From positions 1 through 58,954 of the IMG/VR virus record IMGVR_UViG_3300038436_000160: DNA of 58,954 bases. One strand, given 5' to 3'. The notes beneath the pieces are model-generated. The model saw only the letters and a program-made list of their open reading frames with translations. It was not told the origin of the DNA and did no database searches. The position numbers were made by a program, and so were the translations under genes. Positions within the stretch are counted from its first letter, which is position 1. The number at the start of each line of letters is the position of its first letter. The DNA comes from a virus (Duplodnaviria; Caudoviricetes). Shown piece by piece: positions 1 through 9,549 of this stretch.

Positions 1-124
1 AAAAAAAAGTAAGCAAAATTGGTAACAATAAACTTGTTCTTTGTTTAAGTGCTGGGCTCTGTTCAAGCGGAGCACTATCTGATTGCTGAGAATTTTGTGA
101 GTTTGTGGCAGGTTGATTTTCCAT
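1..124 (-). CDS. Partial host gene running off the window edge; likely membrane protein
   Basis: Manual translation from ATG at 124 gives MENQPATNSQNSQQSDSAPLEQSPALKQRTSLLLPILLTFF: a polar N-terminus followed by a hydrophobic stretch. Confidence 0.55.
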   Translation of the reverse strand, partial: MENQPATNSQNSQQSDSAPLEQSPALKQRTSLLLPILLTFF

Positions 125-200
125 AATTAAATTCTAGGAATTTTTGAAATGATTTACTATACGATTTGTTGGTGATCTGTGTAAATTACTGTACATTTCT

Positions 201-244
201 GTCCCTTTTTGAGCTGGTCACCGTACTTTGCTCGAACCTAAGGC
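201..244. other. Candidate left att junction, core GAGC 211-214
   Basis: gtccctttttGAGCtggtcac aligns with ttcccctatgGAGCgggatac at 58850-58870; the downstream TCGAAC mimics the tRNA T-loop TTGAAC with a +5 bp shift. Confidence 0.5.
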
Positions 245-374
245 CTCTTATCGAGCCTAGTTTGGAACTCCAGCTTAGTTTTCTTAAAGAACATATTGGC
301 ATCAAATCTTTCGCTGTCACTTATCAATAAGACGTCTTTATTTTACTTTATTAACCCCTGTGGACACAAGGTTG

Positions 375-391
375 TTTCTGTCACTTTCTGT
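375..391. repeat. 17-bp repeat TTTCTGTCACTTTCTGT, copy 1
   Basis: Identical to 18896-18912. Confidence 0.7.
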
Positions 392-497
392 TGTTGCGCT
401 GATCTTGAGTTAGATGTATTGTATAATACCCATAACCTACATTAAAGATTATTCTTTATAGTAGGACATTTCTCGGTGGGTTAGTTGCCGTTTTTAA

Positions 498-812
498 ATG
501 ACTATGAAAGATACAGGCTCAAAAAAGAAGCCACAAGTAAAGATGACAGTCTTCGGGACCGCTCCGGTGAGTTCGCGCGGTCAAATTGTTATACCTGCAA
601 AACTGCGTAAAGCTCAGAACATTAATCCTGGTGATACTTTAATCTTTACCGGTAATCCTGATGCGGGATACTTCCATGTATTGAATGCTAACTCATTTAA
701 GGGATTTACTAATGATTTGAATAATCTTGTGTTCAATAACAAGTCAGAAGAAAAGCCTGTCAAAAAAGACAAGAAGACTAAGTCTTCTACCGAAAAAGAA
801 TACGGAAAATAA
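498..812 (+). CDS. AbrB/MazE/SpoVT-family DNA-binding protein
   Basis: VSSRGQIVIPAKLRKAQNINPGDTLIF signature. Confidence 0.85.
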   Translation: MTMKDTGSKKKPQVKMTVFGTAPVSSRGQIVIPAKLRKAQNINPGDTLIFTGNPDAGYFHVLNANSFKGFTNDLNNLVFNNKSEEKPVKKDKKTKSSTEKEYGK

Positions 813-1035
813 AATCTCCAACTATTGTTGCTACCGCCGCCGCAATACTGATCTTCACTGCCAAAGTACTTACCTTTACTTTTAAGTCGCTAACATCCGC
901 TTGTAATTGGTGTAAGTGGTTTTCTTTAATTTCCTTGAGCTCTTTATTCACAGAACCAAACCCACCATCAACCCGTTCTTCGAGTTTGGCTACCCGCTCG
1001 AGCATTTCAACGGTGTTTACTGGTTCGTTGTTCAT
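787..1035 (-). CDS. Small coiled-coil protein with C-terminal TM helix (lysis-cassette accessory)
   Basis: Coiled coil followed by a hydrophobic C-terminus; last gene of the lysis operon. Confidence 0.6.
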   Translation of the reverse strand: MNNEPVNTVEMLERVAKLEERVDGGFGSVNKELKEIKENHLHQLQADVSDLKVKVSTLAVKISIAAAVATIVGDFIFRILFR

Positions 1036-1037
1036 GG

Positions 1038-1262
1038 TTAGTTGGATTCAATATATTTACTATCGGTGAGCCATTTCCTAATGGTATTCACAACGACTGA
1101 CCAGAAAGCAACAACAATCGGAGTCCATTGGCCGAAGTCTATATTGGGAATCTTTTCAGTCAAATACGTTAATGCTGCTCCGAGGAGTGCAATTCCCAAA
1201 CCCGTACCAAGCTTTTTAAAGTCGTCGACTGTCAACTGATATTTTGGGCTGGTAACTATCAT
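1038..1262 (-). CDS. Putative holin (2 TM)
   Basis: 74 aa with two hydrophobic helices and a basic tail; follows the endolysin; GGAGGTG SD. Confidence 0.65.
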   Translation of the reverse strand: MIVTSPKYQLTVDDFKKLGTGLGIALLGAALTYLTEKIPNIDFGQWTPIVVAFWSVVVNTIRKWLTDSKYIESN

Positions 1263-2326
1263 GATTTTTCACCTCCTTTAGGTAATTTGTTACTGAGATA
1301 CTGAACAACTAGAGAAAAAATTAATTGTGGAGTTGGGACCAACGTGCCCTTTTGACAGGCATCCAACTGGCTTTTGGCCTCCTGAGCATCGTTGAGAGCT
1401 CTCCCCTTGGCTTTATTAGCCTCATCTAGCTGGCCCTCCAATACCCCAATCCGAGCTTGTGCTAAGGGGAGGGCATCTGAGCCGTTTTTGAGCTGTTTAT
1501 TCAACGCGTCAATCAGAGCTTTATAGTATTTATCTTTGTCTAGCAAATCCTTCTCAAGTCTGCCAACTTGTTCAGTTCTATTGGTTATCTCCTGGGTGGC
1601 TTTGCTGACTTCAATAGACTTCTCATTTAGCTTGTTAGATAGGTCAGTTTCTCTACTTTTATACCCTCCGACTATACTCTTGATTCTGTCGCTGGGGGTA
1701 GTGTTAGGGTCGTCTGCAACCTCTAAAATTTTGAGTGTATCGGCCCACTTGGTTGCGGAAGAGACAACCTGCTCGTACTTGGTCCGCCATTCAGGTGTGT
1801 TTGGCACCAGACAGCCTTCAGGAGCAGAGGTAGTGCCTTTTTCTTTCTTGTATTTTCTGAGCTCATCAAAGAACTCCTGGGGGTTAATTGCTCCGAAGTA
1901 GCCATTGTTATAGTTGTCACTGACAAATTTGCCATTCTGAAGCTGGCCTCGTTTTACAGTTAAATGGAGATGACTACCGGTACTGTTGCCGGTATTATCG
2001 CTGATGGCCAGCGTGTCACCTTCGTTCTTATTCTCAAAGTTTTCAATGGATTTGCAGTGAGCATAGGTCAGCTTGTAAGTGTTATAAAGTTGTACGATGA
2101 CTTCAACGTACAGCCCGAAGCCATCATTTCCTTCGTTGCCTTGCGTATAAAATTTAGAAGCCCAAGAAGAGAGAATATTTCGAAAGCCTTGTGGAGTATC
2201 GGGAAACTTTGTTTTTAAGTCCCAGCCGTTATGTCCTTTGAGTCCAAACCGAGCATAGTCTGCGGGGTTTTCTCCAAATCCCTGGTTTAGTTCAAATGGT
2301 TCAATTGGTCTGGTTATATCTGCCAT
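1259..2326 (-). CDS. Endolysin: M23 peptidase plus long C-terminal coiled coil
   Basis: M23 zinc motifs GHNGWD, YAH and TGNSTGSHLHL. Confidence 0.85.
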   Translation of the reverse strand: MADITRPIEPFELNQGFGENPADYARFGLKGHNGWDLKTKFPDTPQGFRNILSSWASKFYTQGNEGNDGFGLYVEVIVQLYNTYKLTYAHCKSIENFENKNEGDTLAISDNTGNSTGSHLHLTVKRGQLQNGKFVSDNYNNGYFGAINPQEFFDELRKYKKEKGTTSAPEGCLVPNTPEWRTKYEQVVSSATKWADTLKILEVADDPNTTPSDRIKSIVGGYKSRETDLSNKLNEKSIEVSKATQEITNRTEQVGRLEKDLLDKDKYYKALIDALNKQLKNGSDALPLAQARIGVLEGQLDEANKAKGRALNDAQEAKSQLDACQKGTLVPTPQLIFSLVVQYLSNKLPKGGEKS

Positions 2327-2332
2327 AACTGT

Positions 2333-5300
2333 TTATCTATAAATCAAACTCTTAATACTTTGATTGTCTGTGGAACTGGGCACATTCTTCAATGGATTTA
2401 GTGTTGATTTCTGTTCATCACTGTCCGTTTCTTGAGGAATACCACCGGGAAGAGTCGTTTTTAATAAGCGTTGTAAATCATTCGCATTGAAGGTGATGCT
2501 GCTTTGGAAAAGCGATGCTTCTTTAGGATCGTCTTTCATCAGAAGCGGGACAACCTGTGGAATTAGCTTTTCCGCTTCCTCATTCCACCTCAGTGCCATT
2601 TGCTGTGCTCCCTGAAGATCACCTGCCTCGACAAGCTTCTTCATTTGCAGACGGGTGGTGTTGTAGCCTACCTCGGCTTCATATTTGATATCCCAGGCTC
2701 TACGTTGTTTCTCACCGCCCTGAGTTCGGTAAAAACGATCCATTGTAAGTCCGAGGACATCTGCAGGGCTCAATAGCTCGCGCGCCAGGCTCCCTGTAAG
2801 CCCGTAAACGGCGTGTGTGAGCTTCATGGGGCTTACACCAAGTGCGCGACCGATTGTGACTGCTAAATCAGGTGTTCTACTATCGTATTGTTCTGATGGG
2901 GCGACCTTTTCTAATTTTCTTGGGACCACTGGAAATCCGGTGAAGAAGTTTGTGTTTGTGGCTATTTCAAGAGGTGTTCGAATAATTGGTGGTAAGGCAC
3001 CAGAGAAGAATGCTTGAGATGATAATTCTCCATCCCTTGTAAATGGAACTGGTGCCAACTGGCTCATCCATTCCAGACCCAGCTTAAAGAGATTCTGAGG
3101 TTCCTGCTTACGCACGTACTCAAATGAGTACATCAGGGGGTTGAAGAAAATTGTCCCGACATCACCTTTAGGAATCTGGATCACTTTGGGAACTTTATTA
3201 CCATCCTCATCTTTTTCCTCGCCGACAATAATGATGAAGTAGGTATCCTTTGCCCACTGTGGGATGTCATCCCACAATTCCTCATGGTTCATGACATTGT
3301 AAAAATAAGTAGCGATTCCAGGAAGAACAGTCATGGCAAGAGCTCTGGCGGCAGTCCGGACAGGATTATCTTTCATGACACGGGTGACATTTAGTAACCC
3401 TTGCCAGCGGGCATTTACAAACGGAACCCACATATTAATCAGGCGGGCTTCAACTCCTGCTTTGGCAAAGTCGACAGTGACATTTCGTGCTTCAAATGCT
3501 GCTTCTAAAGGACTGGCACCTTTGCTCAGAGCTTTTTTGTAGATTCCGAGTCGTGGAGCAAGCTCTATGGCTTCAGAAAAGTTTCCTATCAGCTCAAAGG
3601 GATTAAGGACCGCTTTTGTCCTTTCCATCCATCTGGGTCGGAATAATTGCTCAGAAGCAACTGATAGCCCTTTTGTTGATTCAATGTAGCTCCCATAGCC
3701 ACCTTGGTTTCTCATAAATTCGTCGTAGGCTTTAGATTCCCATTTAAATGCTGAGCGGAAACCGTCTTTAAATCCTGATAACCACACCGCAGGATTAAAA
3801 CCGTATTTGGAAACCATCGTAGCGGTTTGATAGTCACGGACTGCATTGGAGAGGGTGAAAGGAAAATAAAGAGTTGTTGTACCTGCCTTGAACGCTTTTG
3901 AAGACATCATTACCAATTTACCCATCAGGCCCGACTCTGCCGGACTCATGGCATGCATGGCTTCAGACAACTCTTTTGGCACAGCCCAGCGTGTTACCTT
4001 GCCACCAATAAACACACTAATTGATTCCCAATCTTGCGGAGCATTTTCTTTATTGGGTAAAAATCTAATCAACCCCTTGGTTGCATCAGGATGAGTCTTG
4101 CGAAGCTCTACCAATTTCAGGGCTACTTTATTTCGCTCCACTAGACTAACTGCTTTGGTGAGGTTGTCTATTACGGAGATAAATGGATCCCGAATGACTT
4201 TGTCTGTTCCTTCAAGAGCACTCACAACACCCTGTTTACTTACTGAGAATGTTTCAGAGCCGACTGCCATCTTATCTGCTTCTTCCAGTGTGGGGATGTA
4301 TTCCAGAACATGGAATGGTAACCAGTTTTTGTTTTTCTCTACGACGGCGTTGAAGGCTTTGTTACTTAAAATACCGGAATCTCTCATGGGCTCGAGAATT
4401 GCTTTCACTGCCCAATTCTGCATTCCATTACCAACTTGTTGGAATGTTTGAAATGTTTTATCACCAACTTTAGTTTTTAGTTCTTGAAGTGCTTTTTCTG
4501 CAGTTTCTTGGGTAACTTCAAGTGGATTTTCAACACCTCTGGCGGCTCTTTCTGCTGTTCTCTGGGCAAGTACGTAGCGAGTAAAGTCTGCCCGTAATTT
4601 TCTGACAGGTTGAAGTGCTGTATATAAATCTCGAAAACTTCCTTCTACGATGCCAAAGCGTCCGGCGTACATTCTGGCGCCAACATAAGGACTTGAATCA
4701 ATATCGATAGGCTTTCCTTGCAGTTTACTCACCTTGTTTTCAAACTCCCGAATAGGGGCAAAGCGGTCAGTAAATAATCTTGGGAAAACCTGGATTGCTT
4801 TTTTGGCTTTGTCCAAAAGATTTGCAGCAGGAGACAGTTTTCCAACCATTGCATCGATCTGACTTAAAGCACTCCCTTCCGGTGATGACGAGTCAGAACC
4901 GATAGGCGTTTCCTGGTGAGGTCTGGGAGGACTACCTGGCGGTGGATCTTTCATTTCATCTACTCGCGGTTGTTCCGGTGCAACTATTTGACCTTCGCGC
5001 CGTTTTTGAATGAGAGTTGTTTGTGATACATCCTTGTTAGTTCGTTCAAGTTTTTCTAGTTCGGTTTCACCAGGGACTCGGTATTTATCTCGTATCTCTG
5101 CAGCTTTGGCCGCTTTTTGATCTAAAACGGAGAAAGAGGTGGTTAGCGGAATGGAAGGCTTACCATCAACAATAGGTACTACATTTTTGGGGTCAAAAAT
5201 GACCATTTGATTCAAACCTTTGACTCCGTCATACCCTTTCTTTTGTAGAACTTCAGTAATTTTTTCAGGGTCGCCATACTTAGTCGCTTCGGTGTAGAGT

Positions 5301-6925
5301 TCATCAATCTTGCCGGACCAGTTGAAAAGTTTTAATCCTTTTTTAATCTTTGTGTCTATTACTGTACCGTATAATTTTGCTCCTTCACCACCTGGGGTAA
5401 GATCCAAATAAACACCCTTACCCATAACTCCGCCATAACCGCTCGTTTTTCCGGACTCCGCTAAACTAAAGCCTTCCTTTAAGATCTTTTCAGGAACTGG
5501 CGTGCCATGTTTATATGTTTCTGCACTTAACTCAGGCTGCTTAGAAGGGGTAACCGGTATTTTGTTTTCCATGGCCACTGTCACTAAATCAGCATCGGTT
5601 AGTTCTGCAACTCGTCCAAGTCTGGTTTTCGCTTCCTGTCCTCCAAGCGCAGTTACGATTTCACTTCTTTGAGCATCGTTGAGTGTGGCTCTGATTGAAA
5701 GGCCTGCAGGCATATTGCGGACTGCTCTGATGATGATGGCTCTTTTGTCAGGAACATTTTTCCAGAGTTCGTAATAAAGGTCCTGGAACTCCTGCCTGAA
5801 AGATTTGCCGGTATATCCAGTGGGATTGCTTACTTTTGCTAAAAACTCATAGGCTCTATTAGCTGTATTCCAGGCTTGATTAAATTGACCCATCTCTTGT
5901 GGTGTTTGGTTGGCTTGGGCTGGAAACTGTTTAGTAATACCTACTACTTTATTTTTCCATGCTTGTTTGACCTGTTCTGCTGTTGCAGTCTCATTTATTC
6001 CAAGATATTCGAACGCTTGTTTTTTGGTTATTTTCAATTGTTCGCTGGCAGCTTTCTCAATCTGGCTTTCTACAGCTGATTTGTTGGGTAAATACTTTGC
6101 TACAGCAAAGTTAAGAGAGTGGAGTCCAATCATTGCTGCAGTATTTTTTAGAGCGTCTTCATTGGAGTCGCCTTTAATAAGCGAAGTAACGTAAGTTGCT
6201 GGCCCGATAATTGCAGAAGACTTAAGAAATGAAGGTTTCATTCCGGCAATAGAAAAAGCTCCACCTAAAGCGAAATCACTGACAAAGTCTTTAGCGCGGT
6301 GTTGTGCATCTTTGTAGGATTCTTCTTTTTGTAGTTGAGTTAGTCCTGCAAAGGTAAGTCCATTCGAGAGTAGGCTAAATGTTCTTGGAGCAACTGTGGC
6401 GACTCTGCCCAGAAGAGGGACACCTTTTAGTGCTCCTTGGACAAGACCGCCACCTACGACAAAAGTTCCTATTGTTCCTAAAACATTAAACTCTACCTCG
6501 GTCATGTCGCCGGCCATTTTTTCAATGTCATTGGCATACTTTATTTCGGGATTCCACCAGCCAAAAGTTAATGCTTGAGCAAGCCCATCTCCGGCACCCT
6601 TCAAGGCTCCGATTGTGGCACTTGGCAAACGCTCTAGTACATCTGTGTCTCGGGCACCCAGACCAAGTGTTTGAGCGGCCGCTTCTACATAAATATTTTT
6701 AAACGGTTTATATGATCCGGTTGTAGGACCTGGAATGGCAATATCGTATTGTTCAGGCTTTAGTTTTTCGAGCGGTTTTAGGATGTCCTGAATTTTTTCG
6801 GAGCCTGAACGCACTAATGAAGAAGCCGCTTGTTGTGATTTCCCAAAGATGCCACCAAGAGTCTGACTCGTATTCTGAATTGACGAGGTAATATTTTTCT
6901 TGAGTTGTGATAAAAAGTTATCCAT
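2333..6925 (-). CDS. Large ejection/polyvalent protein (J-like, ART-like and LPD38-like domains)
   Basis: Likely start MDNFLSQ. J-like AFEYLGINETATAEQVKQAW; ART-like YKHGT..GKGVYL..GYDGV..QMVIFDP; C-terminus resembles LPD38. Confidence 0.7.
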   Translation of the reverse strand: MDNFLSQLKKNITSSIQNTSQTLGGIFGKSQQAASSLVRSGSEKIQDILKPLEKLKPEQYDIAIPGPTTGSYKPFKNIYVEAAAQTLGLGARDTDVLERLPSATIGALKGAGDGLAQALTFGWWNPEIKYANDIEKMAGDMTEVEFNVLGTIGTFVVGGGLVQGALKGVPLLGRVATVAPRTFSLLSNGLTFAGLTQLQKEESYKDAQHRAKDFVSDFALGGAFSIAGMKPSFLKSSAIIGPATYVTSLIKGDSNEDALKNTAAMIGLHSLNFAVAKYLPNKSAVESQIEKAASEQLKITKKQAFEYLGINETATAEQVKQAWKNKVVGITKQFPAQANQTPQEMGQFNQAWNTANRAYEFLAKVSNPTGYTGKSFRQEFQDLYYELWKNVPDKRAIIIRAVRNMPAGLSIRATLNDAQRSEIVTALGGQEAKTRLGRVAELTDADLVTVAMENKIPVTPSKQPELSAETYKHGTPVPEKILKEGFSLAESGKTSGYGGVMGKGVYLDLTPGGEGAKLYGTVIDTKIKKGLKLFNWSGKIDELYTEATKYGDPEKITEVLQKKGYDGVKGLNQMVIFDPKNVVPIVDGKPSIPLTTSFSVLDQKAAKAAEIRDKYRVPGETELEKLERTNKDVSQTTLIQKRREGQIVAPEQPRVDEMKDPPPGSPPRPHQETPIGSDSSSPEGSALSQIDAMVGKLSPAANLLDKAKKAIQVFPRLFTDRFAPIREFENKVSKLQGKPIDIDSSPYVGARMYAGRFGIVEGSFRDLYTALQPVRKLRADFTRYVLAQRTAERAARGVENPLEVTQETAEKALQELKTKVGDKTFQTFQQVGNGMQNWAVKAILEPMRDSGILSNKAFNAVVEKNKNWLPFHVLEYIPTLEEADKMAVGSETFSVSKQGVVSALEGTDKVIRDPFISVIDNLTKAVSLVERNKVALKLVELRKTHPDATKGLIRFLPNKENAPQDWESISVFIGGKVTRWAVPKELSEAMHAMSPAESGLMGKLVMMSSKAFKAGTTTLYFPFTLSNAVRDYQTATMVSKYGFNPAVWLSGFKDGFRSAFKWESKAYDEFMRNQGGYGSYIESTKGLSVASEQLFRPRWMERTKAVLNPFELIGNFSEAIELAPRLGIYKKALSKGASPLEAAFEARNVTVDFAKAGVEARLINMWVPFVNARWQGLLNVTRVMKDNPVRTAARALAMTVLPGIATYFYNVMNHEELWDDIPQWAKDTYFIIIVGEEKDEDGNKVPKVIQIPKGDVGTIFFNPLMYSFEYVRKQEPQNLFKLGLEWMSQLAPVPFTRDGELSSQAFFSGALPPIIRTPLEIATNTNFFTGFPVVPRKLEKVAPSEQYDSRTPDLAVTIGRALGVSPMKLTHAVYGLTGSLARELLSPADVLGLTMDRFYRTQGGEKQRRAWDIKYEAEVGYNTTRLQMKKLVEAGDLQGAQQMALRWNEEAEKLIPQVVPLLMKDDPKEASLFQSSITFNANDLQRLLKTTLPGGIPQETDSDEQKSTLNPLKNVPSSTDNQSIKSLIYR

Positions 6926-6930
6926 ATGTT

Positions 6931-7998
6931 TTAAACTCCAGGTGTAAACAGTCTCCTTAAGAAGCCCATGACACCTGGCTGGGTTTTTAATTGCCATTCT
7001 TCATCGATCACTTGTGTTGCTGATTTTCCTTTGTCCGTTGTTACGCCTGAGAGGTTAGTTTTGAGCTGATCTGCGTTATAGCCCTGTTTCCAGGCAGATC
7101 TGATTTCGGTTCTTAGATCACCTTCATTTACTGTGGTGGTTTGTGATTGACTCGATGGCTGTTCGTAAAGATTTGTCTTACCTGAGGTTGGATCGAAGAA
7201 ACCAACGACATTACCAAAGGCATCCTTGACTTGTTGTTTGGCGTAAGTTCCGCTACCGCCTTCACCAGCTCTTAACCTGCTGGTTTGAGCGTCGTAGAGT
7301 TTGAGTTCAAATTCCCGCTCCCAGCGTTCATCTTCTTTTGCCGAGGAAAGTTCAGACGACCTGATTTGGTTATAGGTATTTAAGAGACCACCTAAAAATT
7401 GGAGATCGTAGCGGAGATTATTCAGTTTGGCTTCTTTGCCCTGGGCTTCTGAGGTTACTTTACGGGTTATTTCGCCCAGACGTGCATTGTAGTCTTCTGC
7501 TTTGGCATTTCGTTCTTCAATGAGATTGCCAATCTTAGCATTGGCGAGGCGCTGAACCTCTCCGGACTCTCCGGTTATGGTGGCCGCTGAATAGCCTGGG
7601 TTCTTGCGAATCTTACTGACTGACTCATCGCGAACATTTTTCTCACTTGCGATGCTTGTATCCAAAGCACTAATGGTATCTTTGAGTTTGCCTAGTTCTG
7701 CCTTGACGTATTCCTCGTCATAACGCCTTGTCTGATAGGTTTCGAGATCAGAAGATAAATCCTGGGCTTGCTTATAAGTATCCTGGAATTTAGAGTTGAG
7801 CGTTCCTACATCAAAACCCAAGATACTAGAACCGCCAACCTGAGAAAGCCCGCTACTTAAGTTGCTGACAGATTGTTGTTTGCCTGGTTCATCACCGGTT
7901 GTGTAAATGTCTTTGCCAGAGGCATCAGTTCCCCACCATCTGAGAGCTTTATTTTGATCTGGTTGCCAATACCAACCGCCGTATTGTTTATCTGCCAT
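6931..7998 (-). CDS. Putative internal virion (ejection) protein
   Basis: Helical/coiled-coil protein between the fibre gene and the large ejection protein. Confidence 0.5.
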   Translation of the reverse strand: MADKQYGGWYWQPDQNKALRWWGTDASGKDIYTTGDEPGKQQSVSNLSSGLSQVGGSSILGFDVGTLNSKFQDTYKQAQDLSSDLETYQTRRYDEEYVKAELGKLKDTISALDTSIASEKNVRDESVSKIRKNPGYSAATITGESGEVQRLANAKIGNLIEERNAKAEDYNARLGEITRKVTSEAQGKEAKLNNLRYDLQFLGGLLNTYNQIRSSELSSAKEDERWEREFELKLYDAQTSRLRAGEGGSGTYAKQQVKDAFGNVVGFFDPTSGKTNLYEQPSSQSQTTTVNEGDLRTEIRSAWKQGYNADQLKTNLSGVTTDKGKSATQVIDEEWQLKTQPGVMGFLRRLFTPGV

Positions 7999-8230
7999 GA
8001 GGAGCTACCTCCTTTCTGGCTGGAGTAACCTCGGAAATTTCACCGGTTACTACATCAAAGTTGTATTCTTTTTGACTATCGAGGCCATACTTGAAAAATT
8101 TTCCAAGAAGCCACACGACCAATTGAGAATCAAGAGCCTGAGCTGTTAGCTGATGCTCTTTTATCATCTGCTTTCGTAACTGCAGTTCTTTTAAATCGGA
8201 CTTATCTAATTTAGTTTGTTTTTTCGACAT
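7988..8230 (-). CDS. Small phage protein, possible fibre chaperone
   Basis: Overlaps the fibre gene end; coiled coil. Confidence 0.45.
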   Translation of the reverse strand: MSKKQTKLDKSDLKELQLRKQMIKEHQLTAQALDSQLVVWLLGKFFKYGLDSQKEYNFDVVTGEISEVTPARKEVAPHGR

Positions 8231-9545
8231 GACCTATGGCCTCCTTTCTACCAACTGTGGTGATAAATTCACTTCGCAGTTGGGCAATTTGTTCCTGGAC
8301 GTTGGGACCACCTTTTTTGGTAATCTCGTTTATTCGGTGTTCCAGGTAACGCTCTTTGAAAGTTTCCTCGTCTTCGTCATCGCGTTTAATCGCAATGTCG
8401 CCTTCAGGTTCGAAATCAAAGTCGAAAAATTTATCGCGGACTGTGACGACCATGTAGTCAAACTGAGCGGAGGACATGCCTCCTTGCAGTTCTTGCACGA
8501 CAAGATGGTCGTTTGTTATTTCGACAATGAAAAGTCCGTTGCAGTTTTGCTTGGGAGTCAGATATGCGGTAATGTTTCTGGGATCGCTGACCGCTATGAA
8601 GTGGTCTGGGAAGTCAATTCGTGTCTGTCCGTTACTTAGAGTTGCGGTTCCTCGATGAACGAGGAGAACTTCTGCTGCCTCAATACCAGTATAGACCAAT
8701 CTATGGCCCTTTTTCAATGGATGAGGAATTGAGAAGTTTGAGGTACCACTTTTATTAATATTTCCTGCCACATTCAGAGCTTCCAATCCCGACATCAAAA
8801 TATTTATTCTGGTGAAATATCCGGTCCCTCCGTAAATACGTTCAGCACTCATTGAGCCGGCAGTGATCTTGCCGGCGTTTAAGTCGTTAATTTCAGCATC
8901 GGTAACTGCCAAGTCTTGAATCTTCGCTGTGCTGATTGCTGCGTTGGCAATTCTCGAATTGCCAACTTCAAGTGCTCCTATCTTGGCATTGGTAATTGCG
9001 GCATCAGCTATTTCGGCGTTAGTGACAGCTGCATCCTGAATTTTTGCCGTGCTGATAGCGGCATTAGCGATTCTGGAGTTTCCGACTTCCAAAGCACCGA
9101 TTTTTGCATTTGTAATCGCTGCATCTGCTATTTCGGCATTTGTTATGGCGGCTGTCTGGATTTTCGCAGTAGAAATTGAGGCGTTAGCAATTTTGGCATT
9201 GGTAATCTGAGCTGTTCCTATGTGAGCGGTGAGAATAATTGCTTCGGCTATTTGAGCAGAGACAGTAATAACGGATCCTGCCTTGTAAACCTTTGCAGCG
9301 GTAATGGCATCATCTTTTATCTTTTGAGTAGCTACTGCTGCATCCGCCAGTTTTTGCTCGGTAACAGAAAAGTCATCAAGCTCGTTATCTCCGACAGCGC
9401 CTGGCTTAATGTTGACGCTGTCGACAGTGTTTGCACCAAGAGCAGGTGAGTCGACTCCGTTGTGGGTATGAGGCACCACTTCAGGAAATGGTTGGTCTTC
9501 AACTTCCCGATTTGTTAATATTTTTTTAATATCTTTGGTCAACAT
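8211..9545 (-). CDS. Tail fibre with AITNAKI decapeptide repeats and a chaperone-like C-terminal domain
   Basis: HTHNGVDS shoulder motif; ITNAKIADAA repeats; FSIPHP..RGTATL..IDFPDHF C-terminus. Confidence 0.75.
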   Translation of the reverse strand: MLTKDIKKILTNREVEDQPFPEVVPHTHNGVDSPALGANTVDSVNIKPGAVGDNELDDFSVTEQKLADAAVATQKIKDDAITAAKVYKAGSVITVSAQIAEAIILTAHIGTAQITNAKIANASISTAKIQTAAITNAEIADAAITNAKIGALEVGNSRIANAAISTAKIQDAAVTNAEIADAAITNAKIGALEVGNSRIANAAISTAKIQDLAVTDAEINDLNAGKITAGSMSAERIYGGTGYFTRINILMSGLEALNVAGNINKSGTSNFSIPHPLKKGHRLVYTGIEAAEVLLVHRGTATLSNGQTRIDFPDHFIAVSDPRNITAYLTPKQNCNGLFIVEITNDHLVVQELQGGMSSAQFDYMVVTVRDKFFDFDFEPEGDIAIKRDDEDEETFKERYLEHRINEITKKGGPNVQEQIAQLRSEFITTVGRKEAIGHVEKTN

Positions 9546-9549
9546 AAGT

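Noticed and set aside
224-244. 19/21 repeat with 58684-58704 taken as the crossover core
   Set aside because: It would assign about 150 bp of integrase-like coding sequence to the host and miss the tRNA end; the GAGC model fits better. Kept as a binding-site candidate
664-672. GCGGGATAC matching the tRNA 3' region as a possible att
   Set aside because: Only 9 bp, inside the abrB-like CDS, with no supporting flanks
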